This document shows positions 25,450 through 37,623 of a stretch of 64,000 nt of DNA, one piece after another. The notes beneath the pieces were generated by a model. That model searched no databases, was not told the DNA's origin, and saw only the letters and a list, made by a program, of their open reading frames with translations. The translations under genes were made by a program, and so were the position numbers. The first letter of the stretch is position 1; each line of letters starts with the position of its first letter. This DNA is from Adineta vaga (taxonomy: Eukaryota; Animalia; Rotifera), in the NCBI GenBank assembly GCA_021613535.1, contig CP075492.1:7688001-7752000 (forward strand). The letters run 5' to 3'.

Positions 25450-25817
25450 GTTTGCAATACGACGTTTCTATTTCTATGACTGATAATAGTACCGAGAAGA
25501 ATCTTCAAATAGAATAGAGAAAAAAAAGAAAGAAAAATGCTCAACATAGAATAGATCTTTTTCTTTTCTAAAGGGTTGATATAGAAACGGTTTACGTGAT
25601 AGTCTCGTCGAAAAAATGATAGAAGGAGAAAATAATAGATTATCTCACCTAGAAAAGTATCTAGAACTATTGTCACTATTCAGAGGTCACACCAGAGTTC
25701 ATGTTCAGCTTCTTTAAGAAGATAAGAGAAATAAAAAAACCTAATGCCTATAACTTATAGAAATTCTATTCTAATGAATGACTTTTCGTGATCAATTTTT
25801 GATTTCAAACATTTTAT

Positions 25818-26306
25818 TTATTCAAAAAGCATAGCTAAAACAAGTTCATCAACATAATGATCTTCACAAGCTCGTTTGAAACTGTTTTTTAAACAAGCTT
25901 CTACTTGAAAGCCAAGTTTCTTATAAAAATTCACACCAATTTCATTATCGGCTTCAGCGAAAAGTTCAATACGTTTAATCCTTTTATCTTTTCGTATTTC
26001 GTCAATTAATTCTCGAACAAATTTGGTTCCAATACCTTGCCGTTGACAATTCGGATTTGTTGCAAGTGTTGATAAACATACTGTATGTGCACAACGTCGT
26101 GTTTGTTGAGCTACAATGCATGTTGCTGCTACTTGCCCATTGACATCTTCATAGATATACAATTTATCAGATTCAATTAATTCTTGAAATATGGGTAAAA
26201 AATCTTCTTTATTCATTATTTCAAAACTTAAATATGGATTCACTGTTGAATGCATATAAATTGGATAGAGTGCATCGAAATCTTCATTTGTACCTAAGCG
26301 TAACAT
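25818..26306 (-). CDS. GNAT family N-acetyltransferase, bacterial type
   Basis: Motif A QRQGIGT; motif B RIELFAEADN...FYKKLGF; C-terminal YVDELVLA; intronless 162 aa. Confidence 0.9.
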   Translation of the reverse strand: MLRLGTNEDFDALYPIYMHSTVNPYLSFEIMNKEDFLPIFQELIESDKLYIYEDVNGQVAATCIVAQQTRRCAHTVCLSTLATNPNCQRQGIGTKFVRELIDEIRKDKRIKRIELFAEADNEIGVNFYKKLGFQVEACLKNSFKRACEDHYVDELVLAMLFE

Positions 26307-27479
26307 TGTTTTGATGGAAAAAGAGAGGCGTTGATGTGCTGTGAATGTGCGTTAGTGTTACTTACTTGAGCTTTCGTCTCATTCGTTTGTCTTATCTTTA
26401 CCAATTTATCGAAAACTACGTAGATGTCACTTGACTTATACAAAAAAAATGCACCTTGAAGATTTGTCCGAGAAATGTATAATACATATGATTTCTATTT
26501 CTCTTTTAAATACCTTTTTTAAGGATCATTCTAATGTGTGCTGAAAAAAATAAGATATTCTATCGGCTCAATGTTTCTTCAAGTATAGTAGAGCTTTGTA
26601 TTAGTTTGAAGAAAATTGTTTCAATACTCTATTAAATTCGTATTAAAATAAGGGTGATTATATACAAGTAAGAGGATTTTGAAGTTTCATCTTTTCAAAA
26701 TTGTTTCCTTATGAATGAAAGGCATCAAAATTTGAATGTTGCTTTATTGTATATCGGACTATCGAAGAGATATGTATTCATTCATAATTGAACAAAGCAT
26801 AAATATGTTTTTGTTCTACAAGATTTCATTCAAGCGAATTCTGCATGTTACACAATACTAAAAAAAACGGTTATTTTCCTGGTTTTATTTGATCTTTTCT
26901 AATTTACTGCACTTTCTATTCATTCATAACATATTTTGTCTCTCTCTCTCTCTCTCTTTTTGTTTTGCCTTACTTTTACGTTTCTAATGCAGTGATACGT
27001 AAAGAATTATTCATTTATATGAAAGCACTTTCCTTCTAATAATACTAGATTAGTGATAATCTTTATAATCAATAGATGTGTAATTTTTTACTCTTTTTCT
27101 TTATCTAAATAGAGGAAATTATTGTATGAGTAAGAAGTAATGAAAAAACACGCTCAAGCTATACTTTGTAGGTTAAACTCATTATATTTCATTTGATTTT
27201 AATTACTAGTTGAATTGGCATGTAGTATGAAAGTAGACATCGAAATGTTCTTTAATTGTCATCATTTCTAATGAGAACAAGCTATCGTTTAAGAATAGAT
27301 TATTAATAATTAAACTTAACGAGACAGATTAATCCAGCAGTGTGTTGTTTTTTTTCTGTTTTATATCACGAACAAAACAGATTAATATTAATGTTCATTC
27401 ACTTTCAAATATTTACTTAATCGATAGAAGAAAAGAAGAAGATATTAATCAATATTTTTTAACAATTGCCATTTCTTCG

Positions 27480-28451
27480 ATGATCAACTTTCTATTTATC
27501 CGCGATAGTTGTCTCCTTCTTCTCTATACATTCACAGCTTTATTAGCATTACTTGGCAATGGAGTCGTATTTCGTGTAAGTTTTCTACGAAAACAAGCAA
27601 ACTATCTACCATTAAGTACAACAAGTATATTTCTATTAAATCTTGCTTTTTCTGATGCATTATGTGGATTAACAATTCCTATACAATTTCTATTTTGTTC
27701 AACATATTTTCTCGAAAATATTCCTTATAGTTCTTATCTATGTATATTTAGTAAATCGACACAAATTTTAGCGTATAATGCTTCAACATTAACAATGTGT
27801 GTAATTGCATATGATCGTTATCGTTTAATACAAAATCCTTTACGACAATATTCTCGACGAAATACTCGACAAGCTATTTTATTTACTTGGAGTTTTTCGG
27901 CTTTATTTGCAATCAGTTGTTTTATTTCAATGAAAGTTCATACGTATTTTATTTCTAAACAAAAACTGATCAGTTGTCAAATACTTTTTCCTATCAAAAA
28001 TTCATTCGTATCGATTGATCTAATTCGTAAAATTCGTGTAATTTGTTTAGTTCTTCTATTTTATATAATTCCACTTGTAATTATTAGTCTTTTTTGTTGT
28101 TTTACAATGCGTACGATTGCACGACGATCAATTATTGGTGTACAACAATTTTCAACATTTAAACAAACGCGTAGTCGTTCAATACGTTTATTAATAATCA
28201 TGGTTCTTGTTTTTGCACTATCTCATCTGCCCGTTCATTTCTTACATATACATGATTTTTTTATGCCAACATCATTATTACATGGTTTAAAAGTACATAA
28301 ATGTAATGATACAACAATCTATTTAGTTTGTTATTGGTTGGGTATTAGTAGTTGTTGCCATAATCCGATTATATACAGTTGGTTCAATAGAAAATTTCGA
28401 ACAACCGCTCTGAATTGTTTTCGATCGATTATATTTTGTGGAGGACATTAA
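27480..28451 (+). CDS. rhodopsin-family (class A) peptide GPCR
   Basis: GN (TM1), LLNLAFSD (TM2), IAYDRY (TM3), W in TM4, FYIIP (TM5), SHLP (TM6), NPIIY...FR (TM7/helix 8); intronless; ATG at 27480 preferred over the GTG in the ORF track. Confidence 0.92.
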   Translation: MINFLFIRDSCLLLLYTFTALLALLGNGVVFRVSFLRKQANYLPLSTTSIFLLNLAFSDALCGLTIPIQFLFCSTYFLENIPYSSYLCIFSKSTQILAYNASTLTMCVIAYDRYRLIQNPLRQYSRRNTRQAILFTWSFSALFAISCFISMKVHTYFISKQKLISCQILFPIKNSFVSIDLIRKIRVICLVLLFYIIPLVIISLFCCFTMRTIARRSIIGVQQFSTFKQTRSRSIRLLIIMVLVFALSHLPVHFLHIHDFFMPTSLLHGLKVHKCNDTTIYLVCYWLGISSCCHNPIIYSWFNRKFRTTALNCFRSIIFCGGH

Positions 28452-28797
28452 TTTGAATGTATTCAATAACTTTATCAAGTTTAAACATATGTTTCGGAAA
28501 TATATTTATTATAGAACATGCAAACAAGTCATTGATTATAGGAAGAAAAAAACATTTTTTTCTAAAACTATTGTAGGTATCTCAAAAGCAAGAGAAGCAA
28601 GGAAAAAAATCGTTTCATTCATGTGTATCTTTTTTTTCGTATTCATTCAATGAAGTGCCTATTGTATATGATTGTATCGTTACACATGATTGAGCATAAA
28701 AAACGAAAGAAATACTTACCGTGTATTGTCATTTCTTATTTGTATTTGTATTTCTTTTGCCTTTGTTATTGAAGAAAAGTTTCTACTTTATTTCCAA

Positions 28798-29398
28798 ATG
28801 CCTAAACTACCTGTTGAACAATTAACAACACAATGGATATACAATAATTATTATCAATATAAGGATAAACCCTTATCAAGTAGTGTTATAAATAAATATG
28901 CTAAAGCACTTTTAGATGTTGCTGGTGCTGATGGTGTACTTAGTGAAGCAGAACGAAAATGGGTTATTGGTTTTGCAGCAGCTCATGGTGAGTAACTTGA
29001 CTTTTTGATTTGAATAAAATGAGAAAATAAACGAAAGATTTTACATTTCAGGTGTTGGTCAAGAAGAACTTGATGCGTTGAAAGAATATAAATTGAAAGC
29101 AGAAGATTCAACAGCAGTTTTTAGTAGTGAAAGTAAATTAAAAATTGGTGAACATTTTCAAGCTGAACTTATCTATAATGGACTTCGTGCAGCAGCTGCT
29201 GATGGTGCTTTGAAACAACGTGAAATCGATGGCATATCTGCCATAGCAAAAAAGCTTGGCATTCCAGACGACAAATTTCAAGCTATTTTAGCATTACATA
29301 AAGAAGAAGAAGATGAACGACAAAAACGAATTGCATTTCTATTTCCCAAACCTTATGGTGAAACTATTGAAGCAATTGATCATCATTATGGACGTTAA
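28798..29398 (+). CDS. TerB-like (tellurite-resistance B fold) protein; one intron 28989-29051
   Basis: Two ADG repeats typical of the TerB fold: ALLDVAGADGVLSEAERKW and GLRAAAADGALKQREIDGISAIAKKLGI. Confidence 0.75.
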
Positions 29399-29828
29399 AA
29401 TGATGAGTTTTTCTATTGACTTTTCGACTGTTAAGTTAAGTTAGCATGCGTAGATCACAGAATTTAATCATTAAACTTCATTTAATAAAATAAGGATCTA
29501 TTTTTTGTCTTAAAAGTATTGTTATTAATTGAAGAGGATAAAAGAAAATGGTTCTTCTATATCTTGAACTTGTTATCCAATCATAATAAAGACATTTGAT
29601 AAAAATCTGAAGTCAGCTGTTTCAAATATCAAGTTGTCTTTTTTCTTCGAGAAATGAATGCAAGACTATCATTGGAGCTGTTTCAGTGCTTTCATCACTA
29701 TCACCCATCGTTGACGAATATATGAAAAAATATTTCTTTCGATTTATTTTTTAGTTTATTTTACGTAGTAATTATCTCGAATAAAATATATGATTTAAAG
29801 TAAAACAAAAAGTTTATTCTCCTGTTTA

Positions 29829-30341
29829 TTATTTGAAGATATTCATGATTGTTCCAGAGATAATTGAAATCATCAACGAACTCATATGCAGTTTTGTCAT
29901 GGCATGATTACAATAGTTTGTATTACAACAATGTCGATAACCAAGAAATACAGTTGCATTACAGAACGAAGCTTCAGCTAAATGCAGTTCTTTCTAAAAA
30001 TATTATTAATAAAAATTTCAATTCAACTTACCGCAACCTCGAATAGCCATACCGAAAACATTATCTTCTTTCTGCAAGTTAATCAAAAGAGTTTTTCTTG
30101 ATAAAAAAAACAATGAAATTTAACTTACAAAACAATATTTATGCTGTATATCAGTACAATTCTTTTTATTCGCTTCAGTTGTGCATGCTGGTGTATATAG
30201 ACATTGATGATGATGTTCGTAACAGGAAATTGCTAGAAACAACAGAATAGAATTGAAAACAAAAAAAATTCCATTGAACAAACCATGTGAAGTAGAGACA
30301 AAGATTGTTAATACCAGCAACGAAAAAATCAGATTATTCAT
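29829..30341 (-). CDS. Ly6/uPAR (three-finger) protein, probably GPI-anchored; 4 exons
   Basis: Signal peptide MNNLIFSLLVLTIFVSTSHG; ISCY...C...C...C...YCF|K...IRGC|...FC...CCNTNYCN, then a hydrophobic tail. Confidence 0.85.
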
Positions 30342-31140
30342 ATTGAAAGCAATTGACAAATGATCGAGAATATATTTTACTAAGATCCATGTTGACATAC
30401 TTGAAATACAGTGTCTATTTAAAGATGCAAAATAGATATGAAGATTATTCATTGTAAATATTATTTTATGTTAGTGAATAAATATGTCTGTTATTTTCTT
30501 TTTGAAGAAATTCAAATGATTATAAGAATATTATTCCTTATCGAATCTTTAATGGAAGATCATGGATGTACACTTTCGAGAACTGGAATTTTATTGAATG
30601 ACATTGATGATTAAAAAACTCTATTCATCTTTTAATTACTGATAAAATGAAAACCGATTTCGAAAATCTGACAGTGTTCGTTACTCTCTTTTGAATCTTT
30701 GATAATATTTCAAATGAAAGTGTACTGCTATGGGATGCATTATTTGCCTTAACAAGTTTTCTTTGTGAAAAATAGAGGGTTTTCACGTCAACAATTTACT
30801 TAAACCGGGTATACGTCATATTTTGCGGAGAAAATTATATGAAGATGCATAATAACATATTCTTTTATGAAAAATAGAACATTTCTTTTGTAATTGTATC
30901 CTGAGTTAAGAGTTGTTGATAAATCTGAGGTTATGGAAATTGCACTTCTTTTTGTTCTAAAACAAAGCCTGTCGTTACAATTAGAACTTTCTATATAGTT
31001 TTGTGATTTTCATGGAAGAATTTCTTCGAACACACTTATTTCCGATTTAATCAACCAACTAAGTAGGCAAAAATTCTCGCAACTAGATGTTACGGGTAGT
31101 CAAACAAGAATTTCATGCTCTCATAAGACTTTTCTATTGG

Positions 31141-31147
31141 TATAAAA
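31141..31147 (+). promoter_or_regulatory. TATA box of the Amt gene
   Basis: TATAAAA 60 nt upstream of the ATG at 31201. Confidence 0.55.
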
Positions 31148-31200
31148 GGACGCAAAAACAGAAAAAGCTTATACTAGTTACTTCATTTATACTTCTAATT

Positions 31201-32680
31201 ATGAATACTACAGATTGCAATGGAAATACTGCATGGGTGCGTCATATCTATTTACATATTTGACACATATTTACATTGTTCGTTCTAGGTATTGACATCA
31301 ACTGGTTTAGTTTATATGATGACACCAGCTCTTGCATTTTTCTATGGTGGTCTTGTCGAAAATAAGAACTTTCTCAATCAACTCTTTCTTTCCATTGTTT
31401 GCATGGCTGTTATTCCTGTACAATGGTGTCTTGTTGGTTATTCATTCACTTTCGGACCAGGAACTTCGATATTTGGTTCATTTGAATATGCAGTCCAACG
31501 TAAAGCAAGTCTTGTTTCTCTTCTTGGTGATAATCTTCATGATTCAAATCCACGATCAATTCCATCATTGGCATTTGTTGCTTTTCAATGTGCATGTGCC
31601 ATCGTTACATCAGCATTAATTAGTGGTGCAGTGGTCGGTCGAATGAAATTAATTCCATATATAATCTTTATATTTCTTTGGACGACATGTTGTTATGATC
31701 CATTAGCACGATGGACTTATTATAAACAAGGTTGGATTCATCAGTTAGGTTTGATTGATTTTGCTGGTGGCTTAATGATTCATGTATCAAGTGGAATATC
31801 GGGTTTGATTGCTGCTTTTATTTTAGGATCTCGTGCACATTATGATCCAGATGTAATAAATACAGGTCAAACAAATCTACCATTTACTGTATTAGGTACA
31901 GGTCTATTGTGGGTGGGATGGATGGGATTTAATGGTGGATCAGCACTTATCGCCAATGGTAAGATATTTTCATTGTCGTAAATATATCCGTATTAATTAT
32001 TTATGTTGATCATCAATAGGTATTGCTGCTCTAGCTATTGTCAATACAAATGTTGCTGCAGCATCGAGTATGATCATTTGGATTATTCTCGACATTATTC
32101 ACGGAAAATTGAAAGGACAAACTTCTGCTTTCGTTTCCATTCCTGGTGTTTGTTCAGCAACTGTTGTTGGTCTTGTCGTCGTCACTCCTTCTGCTGGTTA
32201 TATTCAACCAGGTTATGCAATTCTTATTGGTTTCATAGGTGGTTTTGTTATTCATACATTTCTATCGGGAAAAAAACATTTCTTTCATATCGATGATACT
32301 CTTGACGTTTTCAGTTGTCACGGTCTAGGTGGTTCAATCGGTACTATTCTCACTGGAGTATTCGCTCAAACTGATGTTAATGAGAAGATTAAAAACGGTG
32401 CAGTATATGGTAATATTCTTCAATTAGGATATCAACTGATTGGCGTACTATAACTATTGGTTATTCTGCTATGTGTACGGCAGTCATTCTCTTGACAATG
32501 CATCTAACAATTGGCATTCGAATCAATCGAGTAGATCAAGTTCGTGGTTTAGATAATGTTTCACATGGAGTCATTGATATTGAACTACTGCGAAGACCTC
32601 ACGCAATTACATTACCTACAATGAAACGTAGAAAATATGAACTAAATCATTTACCAATAACAACTATTGAAATCGCCTAG
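31201..32680 (+). pseudogene. amt: AmtB/Mep-type ammonium transporter with a 1-bp frameshift near 32451 (pseudogene or assembly error)
   Basis: NTAW|VL...MTPALAFFYGGLV, DFAGG...H, WVGWMGFNGGS, DDTLDVFSCHG, C-terminal GLD...HG; two short introns; the reading frame breaks at GVL*/TIGYSAM. Confidence 0.8.
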
Positions 32681-33606
32681 TTACACATATTTCCCTTGTT
32701 TTAATTATGTTTTTCAAACACTTCAACATTAATACATATACAAAAACAAAAGGAAGCTGATATGTATCTATTCGTATATTCAAGTATTTTACTTGACGAC
32801 TTGAAAAAAGTAATTTTTTTATCGTCAAACTTATTAAATTAATTTACAACAAAATTCTAGAATCCTTTTATCCATTATTCTTTGAGATTCATATTCTACT
32901 CTCAATTCATGAATGATGTAATAAATAAATCGACAAAGTCATCATAAAAGAAAAATATCTTGAATGTAATTGAACTGAAAAGCTTTTATAGATATTACTT
33001 TAAACTGTTATTGAGTACTTATGATTTCCTCATGAACACAGCACGTCTCATCTATGCAGTTTTAAAGTAATCTAAAATTTTAAATTGTTAAGTTTTTCAT
33101 ACTAAAACTCGTAGTATTATAAAGTAAACTATAACAAACGACTCTACAGTCTAATAAGTAGATTTTTTAATGTTAAACATTCATTCTAGTGTCGCAAAGA
33201 AAAGACTATTCTCTCTCCTTCCACTTCTTTCATGCGTTTATCGTAATATGTTAATTACAATATGCTTGCTTGATCAAGACATATACAATATTATTCTTTT
33301 TTTTTCTTCTTTTTTTTCAATTTCCACTTGACTCTATCCCATATTCATATTTGCATCCGACGTGTATATAAAGACCCTGAAAGTTCTGCGTCGTTCTCTT
33401 TATGATCATACACTGTTGAATGGCCTCTCTGTCAATAAAAAAAAAGAGTGCACACAACCGTCTAACACGTCCATGTGATGATGATGATGATGAAAAAGAA
33501 AGAGCGATTGATGTATAAATCAAGACCTTCGTCTATTTGAACGAACGTAGAAATCATAGTAAAAAAATCGGCATAGTACAAAATAAAAAAAAACGAATAT
33601 TATGCT

Positions 33607-34885
33607 TCACACTAAAAATGATACTATCAACGAAATACTGACGAGAATATTATATGAATATATTTGAAATAATGAAGTAGAAGAAGACGAATAGTAAAGT
33701 GCACTTCTTGAAAGGCTTATGCTAGATCGTATAAAACTATTATAAGTACCAACACGTGTGTAAACGCCAGGTGAATTTGCTTTACCGCTAGGAACGAAGA
33801 AAAAAAGATAGAATTATAAAATTATTTCCTTCTAAAATATGAAACTTACCAGGATTTACCAAATGATGTAATACCTACAATTTCCCAACGACCATCGGCA
33901 TTTTCTACCATTAATGGTCCTCCTAGAGAATGAAATAGAAATTTAATTGAGAAATTATATAATGAGCTTATTGAATCTAACCTGAGTCTGCCTGACATGT
34001 ATCAGCTCCACCACTTAATTCACCTGCACAAATTTGTCCCTGAGCATAAGTCACAAAGATATTACATGGCCATTTATTCGTTTCAAGAATTGGTAGAACA
34101 ACTTGTTTAAGAGATGTTGATGGTCGACCACCAAACGTTGTCGAACCCCAACCGATTGCTACTCCTGATGATTTCAATGCAGGATAATTTTTTCCCATCA
34201 TATCATCCGGTGGTAAACAAATTGTTCCAATTCTTGGATCATTTTCTGGTATTGAAGAAGCTAACGTTACAACAGCTACATCATTAGCAAATGTTTCAGA
34301 ATCATATTGTGGATGAATATCAATCGTTAATGCTGAAATTGGATTGTTCTTTTCACTTGTATAATGCATACCAGCAATAATATTCATATCGGATACACCT
34401 TTGAAATCTTCCATACAATGTGCAGCTGTAAGAACATGACGTCTCGTTAAAAGTACTCCACCACATAAATGCAAGTTATTTAATGAACGTTTGGCTAATG
34501 AAACCATCCATGGATATGAATGAGGTGTAGCATCGCGTCCACCCATAATACGAGAAAATCGATTAGTAATTTGAGTTCGTCCACATGCCCAATTCGATAA
34601 TTGATCAACTTGATTCAATGGTAGAGTGTTTTTATAAAAATTCGATGATGGAACATCATTATTAGTCCAATACCAAGAATAACCATAGGGTTGTTGATTC
34701 GATGAATAAAACCATTTTTGATCTCCAACTGCCACTGGCTGTTGCTGTTGCTGTTGCTGTTGTTGATAATAATATTGTGGAACATTAAAAATATTTTGAT
34801 ACTGTCTTGATTGAGGTTTACTATTAATATTAAGAATGATGAAATTGTAAATAAAAATTTGTATAAATGACATATGATTCATCAT
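33607..34885 (-). CDS. trypsin-like S1A serine protease 1 (signal peptide, poly-Q prodomain, hydrophobic C-terminal tail); 3 exons
   Basis: R-IMGG activation site, LTAAHC, NDVAV, DTCQADSG|GP, GITSFG, PGVYTRV. Confidence 0.92.
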
Positions 34886-35696
34886 TAATACAATTTTTTT
34901 TCGATTTTCTTATACATCAACCAACTGTATTTGTCAGTTGATATATTTTTTCATAAGGGCACATTATTTTTAAAGTGAAAAAAAAAGCCTCCTACGAAAG
35001 AGAAGTAGAAGACAAGAATCTATTTCAAGTTATAATTATTTCTCTTACTTCTGTGTTCCGTTCTTTAATATCGTGACAGAAAAAGAAAAAACGCCTTCTT
35101 TCTTTCTTTCTTTCTTTTTCTCTTTATGTTTCTTGTTCGTCGTCATCGTTTTTTGTTGTAAACGGAGGACACGATTACGTTATTCTAATAATGAATGACA
35201 CACAATCTTGACCGAATGCAAGTAACACAAGAAGGTAGAAGTTGCCTCGATGTTCTATTTCCTTCAACGTTGTTCGCCTACATTTACTAGTTCAGTATCA
35301 AACCGATTGAATATATAACAACTGAATAAAAAACGAAAAGCAAAGTCAATATGTATGTATATATATACATATATTCTATTAAATAAACTGTATCATGATT
35401 GTAAGAATGATGTAATAAAATTGATTTGATAGAAGAAGTATAGAGAGTGATTTAAACATTCGAGTTGACCTGTTTTTGCGCTCAATTAGAGATCTAATCA
35501 AATGAAAAATTTATATATAATTTCGATATATCATCTATTCTTTCGTATAATTGTGTTATCGATGTATTATTTAACGATTTATATGCTATAGGCAATTATT
35601 TCTCACTTTCGAAAAGCGAAGTCAGGCACATCGATCGAAAAAGTGCATGAGTTGATAGTAGGTGCAAAATCAGACATGATCCAACGATAGTCGATC

Positions 35697-35733
35697 TATA
35701 TAAACAACTCTGTTGGTATGAAGTAAATCAGTT
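35697..35733 (+). promoter_or_regulatory. TATA plus initiator core promoter
   Basis: TATATAAA at 35697-35704 and TCAGTT at 35728-35733, canonical spacing of about 30 nt; ATG at 35758. Confidence 0.7.
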
Positions 35734-35757
35734 CAGTTTCATTTCATTCTTGCCAAC

Positions 35758-36355
35758 ATGATGAAATCAACCATCGTTGCTCTATTACTGGTTAGTATTT
35801 CTTTTGTGTTATGTCTCTCTTTCTTTTTGCAAACTTGTTTCTATTTCAGATTGTTTCAGTTGCTGCTGTATTTTCAGCACCGGCTACTTCTGGTAGTCGT
35901 AATAAACTCCTTCGAGTATCTGAAACATCAGATGATACTGAAAGTCAATCTTTGGCTGCTAATTATGGTTTGTTCCAAATATTTAAACCATTAACTGGTA
36001 CTGATGGACAAATTCAAGGATTTATATTGGCAAACAACGATGGTGAGAAGAAACTGGAACAGTCACCTACTGGATTGCCATTAAAGGTTGGTACTCACTC
36101 TGCAGTTGATGTCACTGCCCAACCAGGTGCATTTTTGCGTCCATTACCCGCAATTAGTAATCAACAAGGTATACAGTATTGAACAATTGAAATATTATAA
36201 ATAGAGATAAAATTTCTATTTTTAGGAGAATTAACTGCTGCTGCACAAATTATCAATGCTGTTCGGCCAGGTAAATTTTCGTAGTGAATTCTATTCTGCA
36301 AAACAATTATCTGTCATTTTTTTATCTTTCAGCACGTAATAATCAACGTATATAA
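35758..36355 (+). CDS. secreted protein of unknown function; 4 exons
   Basis: Signal peptide MMKSTIVALLL|IVSVAAVFSAP; exons join in frame to ...QIINAVRP|ARNNQRI*; no cysteines. Confidence 0.75.
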
Positions 36356-36443
36356 ACGGAATATATTTCAAGTGATCAATCTAACTATATTACTGCTTAC
36401 TATATCTGTAATCTTATCAATAAATAGAACAATACACAAAATT

Positions 36444-37501
36444 TTACATCTGATCACAAATAGATTTTGAAATAAACGCGAATAAGAACCATAGAATTTT
36501 GTTTGATTCTTGCAGTTTAGAGGAATGAGATGATACATGCGCATGTTCACTAATCCAATCAATAAACACGCTTACTCGTGTATAAACACCTGGATAATCT
36601 GCTTGAGCACATCCAGATCCGTATGAAGTAATTCCAGCAATATGCCATGTACTCGTTTTTCCATCAAAAATCATCAAAGGTCCTCCACTAAAATATAACC
36701 TTTTTTCTTCAATCAAAATCAATTCTCTCTCTCATCCTCTCTCTACCTGTCGCCTTGACATGTGTCCTTTTTGCCTTGAATAAATCCCGCACAAAGGTGT
36801 ACAAGATTGTCACTTATTTGTTGACTACAAATGTAATTTTTATTTGAAATAATTGGTAGACGAACTTGTTGAAGTCTATATGACAATGAACTATTTTCGT
36901 TTAAACGTCCCCATCCAATTGCAATAGAATTTATTTTTTCAGATGGATACGATGCACTTGCTGTTGGCGGTAAACAAATAGAACCAACAGTTGAATTTTT
37001 CATGTTAACTTTCTGTGAAAGTTCTATTAGAGCAATATCATATGAAAATAAATTATGATCATAATTTTCATGGATTTTTATTGATTGAATTTGAAAACGT
37101 TTGGAATTTGTATCATTAATGTAGTGTGCACCGATAACAATAAAATAATTTGATAATAAGAGATGATTTATTTCATAGAAACAATGTGCAGCTGTTAAAA
37201 CATATTTTTCATTAATTAAACTTCCAGCACATATCATCGTACCAGGATCATTGAATGAGTTACTTTGACGAATACTTACTAAGAGAGAATAGACGATTAA
37301 ATTTATCAGCAATTCATCATACTTACCGATCCATGGCCAAGAATGTGGTCGTGCTGAAGAACCTCCAACAATTCTTGATGATGTTAATGATGAAATATTC
37401 GGTTGTTGACTTTGACACCCACATTGTTTGACTGAAGGTGTACATTTAGATGAAACTAACTGAACGTGCAAGAAAATACTTAGAATGAAAAAGTACGACA
37501 T
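36444..37501 (-). CDS. trypsin-like S1A serine protease 2 (hydrophobic tail); 3 exons
   Basis: R-IVGG, HSWPW, LTAAHC, YDIAL, DTCQGD|SGGPL, GITSYG, PGVYTRV. Confidence 0.93.
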
Positions 37502-37623
37502 TTTGTAAAATAAGTTTGTTCTCTTGTTCTTTTTTTATTCTTTTCAAAACATTTTGATAAAATCAAAACATCTGTTGAGTTTTCTCATACAGAATTTACA
37601 CGAAGAAAAAAATAGATTTGTAT

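Noticed and set aside
27342-27479. GTG-initiated N-terminal extension of the GPCR, and other TTG/GTG starts in the ORF track
   Set aside because: Bacterial-style start calls do not apply to this eukaryotic sequence, and the extensions have intron or UTR composition.
29600-29710. Short minus-strand ORF MGDSDESTETAPMIVLHSFLEEKRQLDI
   Set aside because: Under 30 codons with no recognisable homology or splice continuation.
20289-32680. Bacterial contamination as the source of the bacterial-like genes
   Set aside because: Three of the four carry spliceosomal introns, all match host AT content, and they are interleaved with metazoan genes.
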